A DNA stretch of 38,629 bases from Catajapyx aquilonaris (lineage: Eukaryota). The stretch is from contig JYFJ02003787.1 in the NCBI GenBank assembly GCA_000934665.2, forward strand, positions 1-38,629. The letters are read 5' to 3'. A model generated the notes under the pieces. The model was given only the letters and a program-made list of their open reading frames with translations, had not been told where the DNA came from and made no database searches. Shown in pieces: positions 23,401 through 32,610 of the stretch. Both the position numbers and the translations under genes were made by a program. Position 1 is the stretch's first letter, and each line of letters opens with the position of its first letter.

Positions 23401-26400
23401 TTTTTTCACAATGAATGAGACTTTTGGCCTATGACGTCATGCCCGGGAGTGTTACAATGTACTGTACAACTAATTAACAAATAAAGGTCTGTGCTGATAC
23501 CGATAAGGTGAGCACTATACCCAATTATTATTATTATATATAATATATTTATTTCATTTATCAGGGTCATTTTTAAATATTTGAAAATAAACATTGTCAT
23601 TCAGTCCAATGCCATTTCTCATCATTTTTTGCCTCAGGTCGCTACGGGTACCCTTACTGTGTGCACCGAAGGTGCACCCCCCACAAGCCCTGTTTGTGCA
23701 CCGCAGGTGCATTAACAGGCTTGTTAAAATATCACGCGAGTGGCGTAAATACTCATGAACATAGAAGCTAGAAGAGTTACCTAAGGCTATGGTGAAAGAC
23801 CTTTTTGTCGGGGTTATACCAGTGAATTTTAACAAATTTTTTTCTGTGGTGGTATTATAATACGACCAACATGGCCGGGGGAGATGTTGGGTTAAGGTGA
23901 AGCGGAGCAACATTTTACATCATGTATATCTCAGTTTAAAAATAGCATCGAGTACTCAAGTTGGCATAATTATGTTTCACCACATATTATTGTAATAGAT
24001 ACCAAAAGAAGTTCGGCCACCCTTAGCCCAACAATAGTGCAGAATAGTAATATGTTTCTGAATGACTCATTGCAAGCAGGGTGGTGGGCTTGCAGAAATC
24101 ATAGGCTTGGAGGAAAATATTCTGAAACGCTTGTCTAAGTGGAGCCAACTTGTCCCACTATTACCAAACACATTCAAATCTACTGTGTCACCCTGCAAAT
24201 TCAATTCCACTTGCATCATGTCCGACACTATGGGTTAAGAATGATGTAGCATCATGCAACATAAATGCTAGCTCTGACGGCACAAGTTCAAACCCTGTAT
24301 CTTCGAAAATCCCATAATTGGAAATAGATGCCCCATTGCACTCCTCTTTGCAAGCCACACCTTTTGGTACAAAGCCCGTAACTGTAGGAGTAACCCTTGC
24401 AACATTATGACCAATTGAAATCATGCATTTCCACATACCATAATGAAACAAAAAACTTCAAACACGAATATCTCAAAATGACAAAAAGGCAAGATTCAGG
24501 GTTTTGACTTGGACCGTCAGAGCTGTAATTATTTACTTTTACTTACTCTTGTCATATATGGGTTCTGACACAACAGGCTCAAGTGGCAATGTGAATTTCC
24601 TCTTCACAGGACCTTCTAGAAATACTTGAAAACATAGCCTCAAGGAATTGAGGTCTATGGTAGTTGGTGAATTTCGGTGCCCAAATCCAGCTGAAATTAA
24701 AATTAAACATTAAAATTCCTTGTGACAGCAAAAATCATCTTTAATCTCTCACTATTATCAAATGCATTTTAAGGTAGGTCATTGGTCACACTATATGCCC
24801 TGTGCAACAGATGGACTTGCATATTCTCACAGCGCTGTAGGCCTGTACATGCACATTTTTCACCATAACATTGTTTTTAGTACAGTAACATATGCATTCC
24901 AAAAAATTTGACAAGGATCAACATTATGGAAATCTACCTCGGTTATTGCGGCATGCCGGCCACCTCCGGGTTATACCTGCATGCTGGTCAACCTCGTTTT
25001 ATACCGGCATGCTGATTTAAGTGAGGTAATACGGTATAGAGTGATTCTTATAGACTAGAACCCTAAAATTGTTATACGTAAACCTATGGACGAAAATAAA
25101 CAAAATTTTCATGATATGTACTATATCGCCCAAAAAGATAGAGACGATTTTGCATTTGACTCAAGTGCAACTTGCACTTGAATCAAATGCCAATCGTCTC
25201 TATCTTTTTGAGCGATATAGTACACCCGCGAGCATAAAGATGGAGACGGCAGACCCTCACCTTCGGCAGGCTGCTCTGCCAATTGCAGCTATTACGGTAT
25301 GAAATATACTGCCATAAATACACGAACACATGCCTGATGCAGCTAACTCGGTCCATGAAGAGTTCATTAATTTGAGTCGGATAAAGAAAGGTCAAAAAAG
25401 GGCCTGCCGTCTCCATCTTTATGCTCGCGGGGGTACCTCCAATGATGTTGAGCAAATGACACTACAGCAAGTGCTGGAAATGGCCGCCATGTTATGCAAA
25501 GCACATGTTCATGTGGCAGTGCATGTTGTTTAAAGCACGTCTCAATGTTGCAGCCACAATGTTGTGTATTTCATTGGTAATGTTTTTCTGTAAAGCATGA
25601 ATCGTATGGAGCTTGTTCCTGTACACCCTTTCCTTCAGATACCCTCACAAAAAGAAGTCTGGGCTCGTGAGATCACAGATTTTTGGAAAAGACATACAGT
25701 CCTCAAAAAAAACTTGGTTGGTTGTCGCCATTGACTCACATGACATGTGACATGTCGCGCCATCTTACTGTAAGTAACCCTGTGTCAATTACACATCATC
25801 AAGCTGTCTTGGAAGGAACTGGAGCCAATGATCCTCACTCCAACTGTGGAGCACCAAACTCCTAATTTCTTCTGGTGAAGTGGTGATTCAGTGACCCATG
25901 AGGATTGTTGGTGTCCCAAATCCTGGGGTTTTGAGTTTCCAGTACTTAGTTTGGTTGGTTTGGTTTAGTAAGAAGAAGCCAAAGCAACTATGGCTATCTG
26001 GTATCTCTCTTAGTCTGTCTCCTATCCCAAAGACCTGTCCGACTTGGGTGGCCCTACCAGTAGATGAAGCTACGGCCGGCATAGCTATTGGGGTCATGGG
26101 AGAAACGCAAATCCCACCACCACGATAAGGTGAAGATACCGTCGGGGGGTTCCAGCACTTGCTGTGATGTCATTTGCTCAACGACACTGGAGGCACAGTA
26201 CCGCCCATAAAGAATGGTACGACTCTATGGACAAAATGTTCATTCTGTTCCCAACCCCTGGGTCACCAGCATGTTTTTAGGGGTCATAAGGAAGGCTGGG
26301 AAAAGGCAATTAAAATCAAGAAAAAAAGAGAAGAAAAAAACAAGGCAAAGTAAGAAAATTTAAGGGGGGGGGAAATTCATCTCAAATTTTGGTAATAAAA

Positions 26401-29400
26401 AATTTCGGAAAAAGTCGGGAGGGGGTCATATGGGTCGCCAGAGATCTAGGAGAAGTTGTCCATAGTGTCACAACGAAATCAGGTTGGGAATAATGCTGGA
26501 TAGTCAGAAGAAACATGTCGTCCATAGAGTCGTACCATTCTTTATGAGCAGGACTGTACACGTCACAAAAATGTCATTGATTTGCATCCATTTATTTACG
26601 AAATCCAGTATAAGGAAATTTTAGGGTTCGGGTCTAAAAGAATCACCCTGTAGAAGCACAATGGCACAGATCGAAGTGTGGATAGTAAGACCGTGTCTGG
26701 CACTAATAATGGCAATCATGATACCAATCGATGCCGTGATCAATGCCATCATGCTTCTACGAATTCCATAAACATCCACCAGGGGCTTGGCTACTGCAGT
26801 CAGCTCCAAGCCAGCAACCCCACTCCCTGCAGGTGGGAAGAACCAAGTGCATAGGGGTTTCCATAAGGCTAGGATAGGAGTGTCACAGGTCTGATTACAA
26901 TGCTTATTTTTACATTCAAAACAGTATGAGAAACCAATAATTTTAACCTGTTGGCACCTGAGTTCAGGCTGGACCCTGTCACAATTATTTAAAAAAGTTG
27001 TGTCTATTCCACTTATTATTAGCATCTAAATTTTACATGGTCCCTAAAGTAACTGTTCAAATGTAATGGCTTAGTTATAAGCAGAGCAGCTCAGTAACAA
27101 AAAAAAAAAAAATCACTGAAAAGGGTACCTCAATTGTAACATGCAGCACTATGTGCACCTGGTACTTGGAATTATGAATATACCTCACACAATTTCAGTT
27201 ACCCTGCCCCTTCGCAGCAATTTGTTTTCAAACTTCTGGAGTTTGGCACATCAATAATACTCGAAACCCTACAACTTTAAGATTATCATTAGCCAGCCAT
27301 GTTTTGGCACTACATGCTTATAATTGGGTGGTAAGAAGGGAGGTGCAGGTACAAGTGCCATATTGACACCAGCCTCTTAAAGCGTTCTCCCAGGTGGTTC
27401 GTCGGTCGGAAGTCCAAACTGGGATAAATCCAGAGAGAGCCTTAAATGCTGCATAAGATGAGAAATAAAAACTGGACCTTTCTATCCATGAGTGCCAGCT
27501 TTACCACAGTCGTATTCTGTCTCCCTCTTCTCCCCAATCTATTCAATTACTGACATAAAAGTAATATTTTTAACAAATCCCATTTAGTTAATATTGAGGT
27601 GGGAAATGTTGGCCAGGTTTGTGGGAAGATGATATTCAGAGGTAAGGTCAACAGACATCTTTGGAAAATGTTTTATGTGGCAAAAAATGCTTGACATCAG
27701 AAACAATTTTCAGTCTAAATTGATGCAACATTATCCTCCTGAGACCTGATGTCCAATATATTGGACATCAGCAAAAAAAAAAGGTGTCTACTGAAATTGA
27801 CACCTTTTTTTTTTTTTTTTTTTTTTTTTNAAAAAAAGGTGTCAATTTCAGTAGACACCTTTTATTTTTGCTGATGTCCAATATATTGGACATCAGGTCT
27901 CAGGAGGATAAGAAGAGAAATAATGATTTTTTACATGATGGGAAAGGTAAAAAGCCACACTTAAGAGCCTTAATTAGTCAAAAGTTTTTCAAACCAAAAT
28001 ATTTCCAATATAGTAAATATTTTCCAATCAAAATATTTGTTTCCATTGCTGTCAGCATGTACCCGACACCTAACCTGTCAATGCTAATGCTGTGGTTGTG
28101 CAGACCTATGTTCTACTGTGCAGTTGTTTCAACATTACAAATTTTCCCTCCCTTTACAACTTCAGTTTTATCCACATATTCAATTATTGTCCTAGCCCTC
28201 TGGAGTCTAGATAATTACAACTCAGCTGCAAGCATAATTAGGTTAGGTTAAGGAAGGCCCATTTAAAACAATTCATTTAAAATAAGTTATGCAAAGTTGG
28301 CACTGATAATGCTATCAGAGGCTGGGGACTTTTCATCAGACTGAGGGCTGATTGTATGTCAAAAGTAAATTTGGGAAAATCTTCAATTACGCAGAGGTAT
28401 TCAATATTCATAAGCCAACAAAATTGGACATTCCCTCCTTAATTCGAGTTGATGCAACAATCACAAGACAATGTGGAGCATAATAATTATCTATAATTTT
28501 TGTACTTGGTTCTCTCTGAAGAAAGTACCCAACAAGTGGTGGACGTGGGGAAAGAAGAGGTGGAAGAAGAGGAAATATATTTCAATTATATAGAACAATG
28601 CAGCCCTTTGTATCATATGGCAGCCTTTTGTACGTATGATTTTGAACCCTACAGTATTTCAGCATATACAGGGTGTTCCAAGTTTTGGGGTCCTTTTAGT
28701 TATTGGAACTGCCACCAGACGCATAATGATGTTTGCAAAGCCACTGAAATTGCATGCGTTTCAAATCTTGTGTAGTGCAAAAGCCCTCCCCAACAATGGA
28801 CTTACTTTGATATGGGTCGACTCTAATCTCCTCCCGAACACGAAGGGCTTCTTCAATGTCCTTCTTCTTCACACACTGGATCCCAAGATTGGAGAACTCA
28901 CAGGCCATGTCCTCAGAATTGATTTCCATGGTGCATACACCCTTCTTGCACCCTTCCTTTCCCACCAAGTTGTGGGGATGGGGACGGTATGGCTTGTCTT
29001 TTGTCACACACGAAACTACCACCACTGCACGGCCTTTGTACCCACACACCTGAAAATCGCATTTATTAAGATGAACTGTTCCATTCAGGGACTATTTCAT
29101 GGCAAATAACATACCAGATGGTTATGTCATGTAGGTATTACAATTAAACTGGCAAAGCTTTGCAGTCTGAGAAGGAAATGATTCAGTTATATTCATTCAA
29201 TGTTAAAAAACTTCTGCTTATGAGTACGGCTCCCATTTAAAAGTAACGTTGAGTGCTGACCTCACAGGAGAGGTCAAATTTTGGCATTTCTACAGCAAGA
29301 AACCAGCTTCCAGTGTACTTTACTTCTGGTACACAATTTATTGACCATCACTTTCAAATAGTTTCCTCCATTTCCCAAATGGATGACCACCAATCCCTAG

Positions 29401-30835
29401 GGAAGTACTTCACATTTACACACAAAAACCTCTAACAAACATTTCACCACAAAATTGTAACATCCAAGCAAAACAGAAAGTGTTATGCGGAATTCCTACT
29501 AATAAAACTTTTGGCCCTCAATATGACAAGAGGTTTCAGGTTTCCCTAATGCACCACCATGTATAATGTTGAGGTTAATAAACTTGAACCTATTCTAATG
29601 ACATAAATAAATTACATGATGCAAGCATCTCGATGTCACTTCATATTCCCAGGTGACTCCTAATTGCTTGCTTATAAAAACAAATCAAATTGCAGTGCAT
29701 GATGAAAATTAACACATTTTTAAATATTATCTCAAGATTTGCTTATGAAATTTTGCAAGAAGACACCTTTTGCTCACATAAGGCAAATGTAATGTTACAC
29801 TTTTAAGCATTACACCAAGTGTTAATATTCTACTTCAAATGCAGTTGTGTAGGCAAACCTTGGGATAGGAGCAACGATAAGTTCTTCAAAAATTCATGTG
29901 TGTCATCTCCATTGAAGAAAATTTAATTCCCTCCCATTATAGACAATCACTACATTAGAAAGGTTGTTCTCTTATGACCCCTTCTTACACCTAAGTTACT
30001 AACTTATGGCCTGTTACCCAACCCTTCCTAACTTTCACACTGCACAAAAGCAAAATTAAGCTCACCTGAATCTTTGGATAAGTCTTCTTCTCTGGCATAC
30101 TGGAGGTTCCAGGTATGCTTCCTGCAGACCTTCCCTCACACTCGTACCTGAACCTAAGGGCTTTTCCAGCAGGTTGTTCCACAATTTTCACCACTGCTCT
30201 CTTCTTCTGGTCCATCTCTGAATCCTGGGCAACCGAAGAGGTGTCCATAGCTTGAGTCACTGTTGCTCCCGAGTACATGCTGCCAGATGGTGTGTATGTA
30301 GGCAACGTGGTGTCTGCATACTCAGGGTCAGCAGACTGGATCACTTCAACTGGCACAAAAAAATTGTGTTAGTTTTCTGCATTTATAATTTAATTGTTCA
30401 CAACTCAGAAAGGCAACAAAGCAAGGGCAGGGGAAACATGTAGGCGTCACAATTCAAGCCAAGACTGCTTACATGAAGTCCCCATACTGCAGCAATTTTT
30501 AACATTCCTGAGAATTGTATACATTATATCATTTCTCTAGAAATAAACCACAGTCATAACCCACTCCCAAAAATATTGCCACCAACATATAAGTGATAAT
30601 GTTATAAACTGCATTCATTTTGAAATGTAACATTTCATGACTCACTTTTCCATTTTTAAATTCATGTTTCAATTCCAGACCATTTTGCAAGCAAGTGACA
30701 AACCTACAAGCACTTTTTTTGTCCTTTTCCTGCAACACACTTTCTAGCCATATCTCAATGACAGTGATGATTAACTTTATACTCACTGACATCACTAATG
30801 TTAAAAGTCCCTTCGCTTGGATAGGGATGATCCAT
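13885..30835 (-). CDS. dl: Dorsal (Rel/NF-kB) isoform A, spliced: 30835-30787, 30349-30066, 29049-28806, 24690-24547, 20892-20794, 20477-20344, 20149-20053, 17659-17567, 16350-16249, 14438-13885 (1800 nt, ~599 aa)
   Basis: Manual splicing with GT-AG sites and matching phases gives [21 protein letters not shown]...[18 protein letters not shown]...[30 protein letters not shown]...[13 protein letters not shown]...[11 protein letters not shown]...[17 protein letters not shown]...[13 protein letters not shown]...[29 protein letters not shown]...IKLEP...NMSDSFTRL. These are the Rel homology domain, IPT domain, NLS and Dorsal-type C-terminal motifs. The start codon is inferred. Confidence 0.95.
15107..15258. 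repeat. 50-bp minisatellite, ~3 copies, with degenerate copies at ~14959 and ~15655
   Basis: Unit GAGAGGTTGAAGGTGTTGGAGATGGACCACAGATGGCAGGCAAATGACGG. Confidence 0.9.
15309..15598. repeat. Near-perfect ~290-bp palindrome (fold-back element)
   Basis: Arms of ~143 bp are reverse complements with few mismatches, centred at GGCCGTCGGCGGCC (~15455). Confidence 0.92.
16249..16350 (-). CDS. dl: dorsal-A exon with SUMO consensus IKLE
   Basis: [34 protein letters not shown]; acceptor tgtttcaatag, donor G|gtaag; 102 nt, phase 1-1. Confidence 0.8.
16867..16899. promoter_or_regulatory. Intronic kB site plus palindromic E-box
   Basis: GGGGAATCCCC (16867-16877) followed by the 14-bp palindrome CAACCACGTGGTTG (16886-16899). 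Confidence 0.4.
17567..17659 (-). CDS. dl: dorsal-A exon with nuclear localisation signal
   Basis: [31 protein letters not shown]; long T-rich tract plus tag acceptor, donor A|gtaagt; phase 1-1. Confidence 0.9.
18205..18210 (-). terminator. Candidate poly(A) signal for dorsal-B
   Basis: AATAAA on the minus strand ~640 nt after the B stop and upstream of the next A exon. Confidence 0.35.
18851..20149 (-). CDS. dl: dorsal composite exon: IPT end (shared, 20149-20053) plus B-specific extension (20052-18851)
   Basis: [32 protein letters not shown], then internal donor CAG|GTAGGC, then 400 further open codons. Confidence 0.92.
   Translation of the reverse strand: MESPVKVFVQLRRPTDGATSESRPFEYLPLSSGRPHFWSFKKRKGNYNDVFTSILAANTAMLMSRGGGGGGVPSAVITETAASGTTATPLSNGGNSTLLNVSLSKTPDYAKVNKLKDDEVEVVEVCNRSDTKSPASDDRNEVVSQAETYKSINEILSQAADADDIYDFSNGDARAYEPVGLPMDITTVDENIYSSFQMAMKNPVLLEITDAGNIVKPVVIEEVVSKPPVIKEIFNKPPVLPPKPAGLPGEARSGTPQELSDESGAPPPLPPRRTKRSLSNSGEPIVKGKAAKGGLLQKLFCKKAEVKPKEFTAEKSPVLGKSSDTDAENVNVPDDTLKSGSPEMDQVLKSGMEIEANFEELDNIDDPNFNILTEAEHYALYMGVAPRATDSEFDESSIYYHTVANVDGSLETPPIQTEGDAKKRVSFSKIFS
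18851..30835 (-). CDS. dl: Dorsal isoform B: same first six coding exons, then exon 20149 read through the donor at 20052 to TAA at 18851 (2253 nt, ~750 aa)
   Basis: Open frame 20149-18851 continues from the IPT domain into GRPHFWSF...F..IL, PPLPP motifs and [24 protein letters not shown], recognisable as the arthropod Dorsal-B C-terminus. Confidence 0.9.
20344..20477 (-). CDS. dl: dorsal exon: IPT domain
   Basis: [45 protein letters not shown]; catgtag / GAG|gtttgt. Confidence 0.95.
20794..20892 (-). CDS. dl: dorsal exon: IPT domain start
   Basis: [33 protein letters not shown]; tttttcag / G|gtgag. Confidence 0.95.
21159..22936 (+). mobile_element. Defective hAT transposon
   Basis: TIR CAGTGGCGTAG...CTACGCCACTG, 8-bp TSD CATGTACC/CATGTACA, and hAT dimerisation remnant [33 protein letters not shown]....IDFDSVI..FA..KARK (~22575-22776). 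Confidence 0.93.
21288..21650 (-). mobile_element. tRNA-derived SINE nested in the hAT element
   Basis: B-box GGTTCAATCC, (TTA)n tail, and 14-bp TSD ATGTTTTCCAATTA (21274-21287, 21651-21664). Confidence 0.88.
23470..23540 (+). mobile_element. 3' tail of the same SINE/LINE family
   Basis: AAATAAAGGT...GCACTATACCCAATTATTATTATT matches the tails of the SINEs at 4271 and 21288; the 5' extent is undetermined. Confidence 0.55.
24269..24527. mobile_element. MITE ~20 nt from a dorsal splice donor
   Basis: AGCTCTGACGGCACAAGTTCAAACCCTGTATCTT and AAGATTCAGGGTTTTGACTTGGACCGTCAGAGCT. Confidence 0.72.
24547..24690 (-). CDS. dl: dorsal exon: end of RHD-N
   Basis: [48 protein letters not shown]; atttcag / A|gtaagt. 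Not present in the ORF track. Confidence 0.95.
24936..25015. repeat. ~27-bp degenerate tandem repeat x3
   Basis: Units resembling ACCTC(G)GTTATACCGGCATGCTGG. Confidence 0.6.
25119..25222. mobile_element. 104-bp palindromic MITE with TA TSD
   Basis: TA-CTATATCGCCCAAAAAGATAGAGACGATT...AATCGTCTCTATCTTTTTGAGCGATATAG-TA. Confidence 0.85.
25221..25435. mobile_element. 215-bp MITE with TA TSD
   Basis: TA-CACCCGCGAGCATAAAGATGGAGACGGCAG...CTGCCGTCTCCATCTTTATGCTCGCGGGGG-TA. Confidence 0.88.
25990..26150 (-). mobile_element. RTE/BovB-like 5' UTR fragment
   Basis: Minus strand CACCTTATCGTGGTGG...AGCTATGCCGG...GGGCCACCCAAGTCGGACAGGTC resembles the RTE-clade 5' region (recalled, not searched). Confidence 0.55.
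26194..26558. mobile_element. ~360-bp MITE
   Basis: CAGTACCGCCCATAAAGAATGGTACGACTCTATGGAC...GTCCATAGAGTCGTACCATTCTTTATGAGCAGGACTG-TA; the left TSD reads CA. Confidence 0.87.
27731..27911. mobile_element. Palindromic piggyBac-like MITE spanning an N
   Basis: TTAT-CCTCCTGAGACC...GGTCTCAGGAGG-ATAA; ~75-bp arms each containing the inner palindrome CTGATGTCCAATATATTGGACATCAG; poly-T/N/poly-A centre. Confidence 0.75.
28806..29049 (-). CDS. dl: dorsal exon: RHD
   Basis: [39 protein letters not shown]...[30 protein letters not shown]; ttttcag / A|gtaag. Confidence 0.97.
30066..30349 (-). CDS. dl: dorsal exon: start of RHD, DNA-recognition loop
   Basis: [28 protein letters not shown]...KTYPKIQ; acceptor tgtgccag, donor CAG|gtgag. 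Confidence 0.97.
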
Positions 30836-30861
30836 GGGTCCAACTTGAGAAACTGCCAGTC
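30787..30861 (-). CDS. dl: dorsal exon carrying the probable start ATG (30835)
   Basis: Acceptor ttttttgttgccag, donor A|gtgagt. It encodes [16 protein letters not shown](I), which joins EVIQ to form the Dorsal N-terminal ISDVIEVI motif. Confidence 0.85.
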
Positions 30862-32232
30862 CTGGCAACAAAAAATGGAAGGGAATCCTTTTCATTCACG
30901 AAATGTCTTCCCCATGCCCTCTTTCGCAATATCTTTTGTTCATACATGAGCGTCCCTTGAGACTCAAGAAGTTAACGACTCTGGTGGACAACGTTCCACC
31001 TGACTAACAAGCAATTGTAATTTTCTCAGGTACAAACCAGATTGCTTGACCTTGAATCATGGAAACCCTCTCTTCCCCTTTTTAACAAAGCAACCTTGGT
31101 ACACATGCAATTCGCTCAATTCTACCATTAAAGGAGTGGGAATAATAAAAGGTAACCCATTAGATAGGGGGAAAAAATTTCCCTGGTCAACAACCCACCC
31201 TTACAAATCCCACTGCCCCATTATTTGTACAAAATTGACATGAAACATACCTATATTATCCATTCCTCTTCTTTACACCAAGTGACTCCATTTAAACAAC
31301 ATGTAGCACGAATATTCACTACTTATAGGCTGGCATTCAAACCTGTTGAGAAAACAATAGTATTTGCTAGGATTATTACAGGCCTATTACAACGAAAAAA
31401 TGCCTGACACTATCTGTGGAATAGGTCTACTTCCTCACAGGTGTGAGACACAACAACATTACATAACAGGGTAAGCATGCCCATTGAATGCACTGTTTTT
31501 GTGTCGATCCCACAAACGCAATTTCAGGCATTAAAAGCCAAGGTCAAGCACATATTAAAATGGTAAAAAAATGCCATATAATATAATTCAATCGCGGCTA
31601 GTCATTAGGCACTCATTTACAGCATAATGCATACAATATAACCCTAAGTGTAGTGTCTCATATTCCTCAAAAAAAAAAAAAATCCCAGTGTGCCACACTA
31701 CACTGGGGCTCTCGACACTAAACCCACTGCATGGTTTTCACAACCAAATGAATAATGTTACATAACTAAAACAGCAAGTTTTTGGGCCACCCACATATGA
31801 TACCCCAGCTCCCAAATTTCAATTCCTTTCCTCCACACATTACAAGAGCACATCTTTGTCCCAGCCCATCTAGGCCACACTACACTGTAAATTCTGAACG
31901 TAATAACACGTCTCCCATTCCACCTCCGCAAATGACTAATTTTAATCACAATTTCCCCCAAACCTGATGTGTTTTTTCCCCTCCTGTAGACCTTCCAATC
32001 ACACACCATGTTGTATGCTGCGCTTGACCAAAACAAGCACACTACCCACATAATCTGCAACCAATTCATCCCGTTACTGAACAGGCAAGTATTGTAAGAT
32101 CATGAAACAGGCACATGTACTCCTACCTAAAATGCACCAAACACTCTATTGGCAAATCCCTAAGTAATTGAACCACCCTAACCCTCAAAAGAACTTGCAA
32201 CGCACACAACGCCACCAACAAGAACACACTAC

Positions 32233-32460
32233 CTTCTTTTTTTTTTGCACAATTTTGTTCTCCACAGCTTGTCAAGCACGCGTTTGATTCACTGGCTTTT
32301 TAAATATATGAATAGCACCAGGGACCCTTGGATGTAGTTCTTTGGTATCGTGATCGTTTGGCGGGCCGCTCGATCCTCGCCTTTAGGACGCGACGGAACC
32401 CACACGACTTCCTCGGTTTCTCCCTTCCTTCCCGACACTATTCTATTTCTGTAGAAATGA
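32233..32460 (-). other. dl: Candidate non-coding first exon (5' UTR) of dorsal
   Basis: Starts at an Inr-like TCATTTC (32460-32454), contains no ATG on the minus strand, and ends at AAG|GTAGTG followed by GT-rich intron-like sequence. Confidence 0.5.
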
Positions 32461-32610
32461 GCTGCACTTTTCGGGGAATCCATCCAAGGGTAAGACAGGC
32501 CCCTATTGGTCGAGGAGCACGGGGCATGACACGTGACTTGGAAGATCAAGATGGCGCCAGGGAGACAGGGAGGGGAGGGGAGGGTGGGGCAGTTGGTGGG
32601 AAGGGACAAG
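32454..32610 (-). promoter_or_regulatory. Candidate dorsal promoter
   Basis: Locally GC/CpG-rich. It clusters an Inr-like motif, kB-like GGGGAATCCA (32473-32482), CCAAT (32505-32509), E-box CACGTG (32530-32535), YY1/Pho-type CAAGATGGCG (32547-32556) and G-runs. Confidence 0.5.

Larger units (their letters stand above)
25035..26652 (-). mobile_element. rosa/DD41D-like Tc1-mariner derivative with two inverted 3' ends and nested insertions
   Basis: Termini TA-TAGAGTGATTCTTATAGAC and GTCTAAAAGAATCACCCTG-TA. Minus-strand remnants [30 protein letters not shown] and GGHFQHLL* (25464-25895). Region 25436-25480 is inverted at 26149-26193. Confidence 0.85.

Noticed and set aside
31167..31183. GGGGGAAAAAATTTCCC as a Dorsal site
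   Set aside because: The A/T spacer is too long for a GGG(W)4-5CC site.
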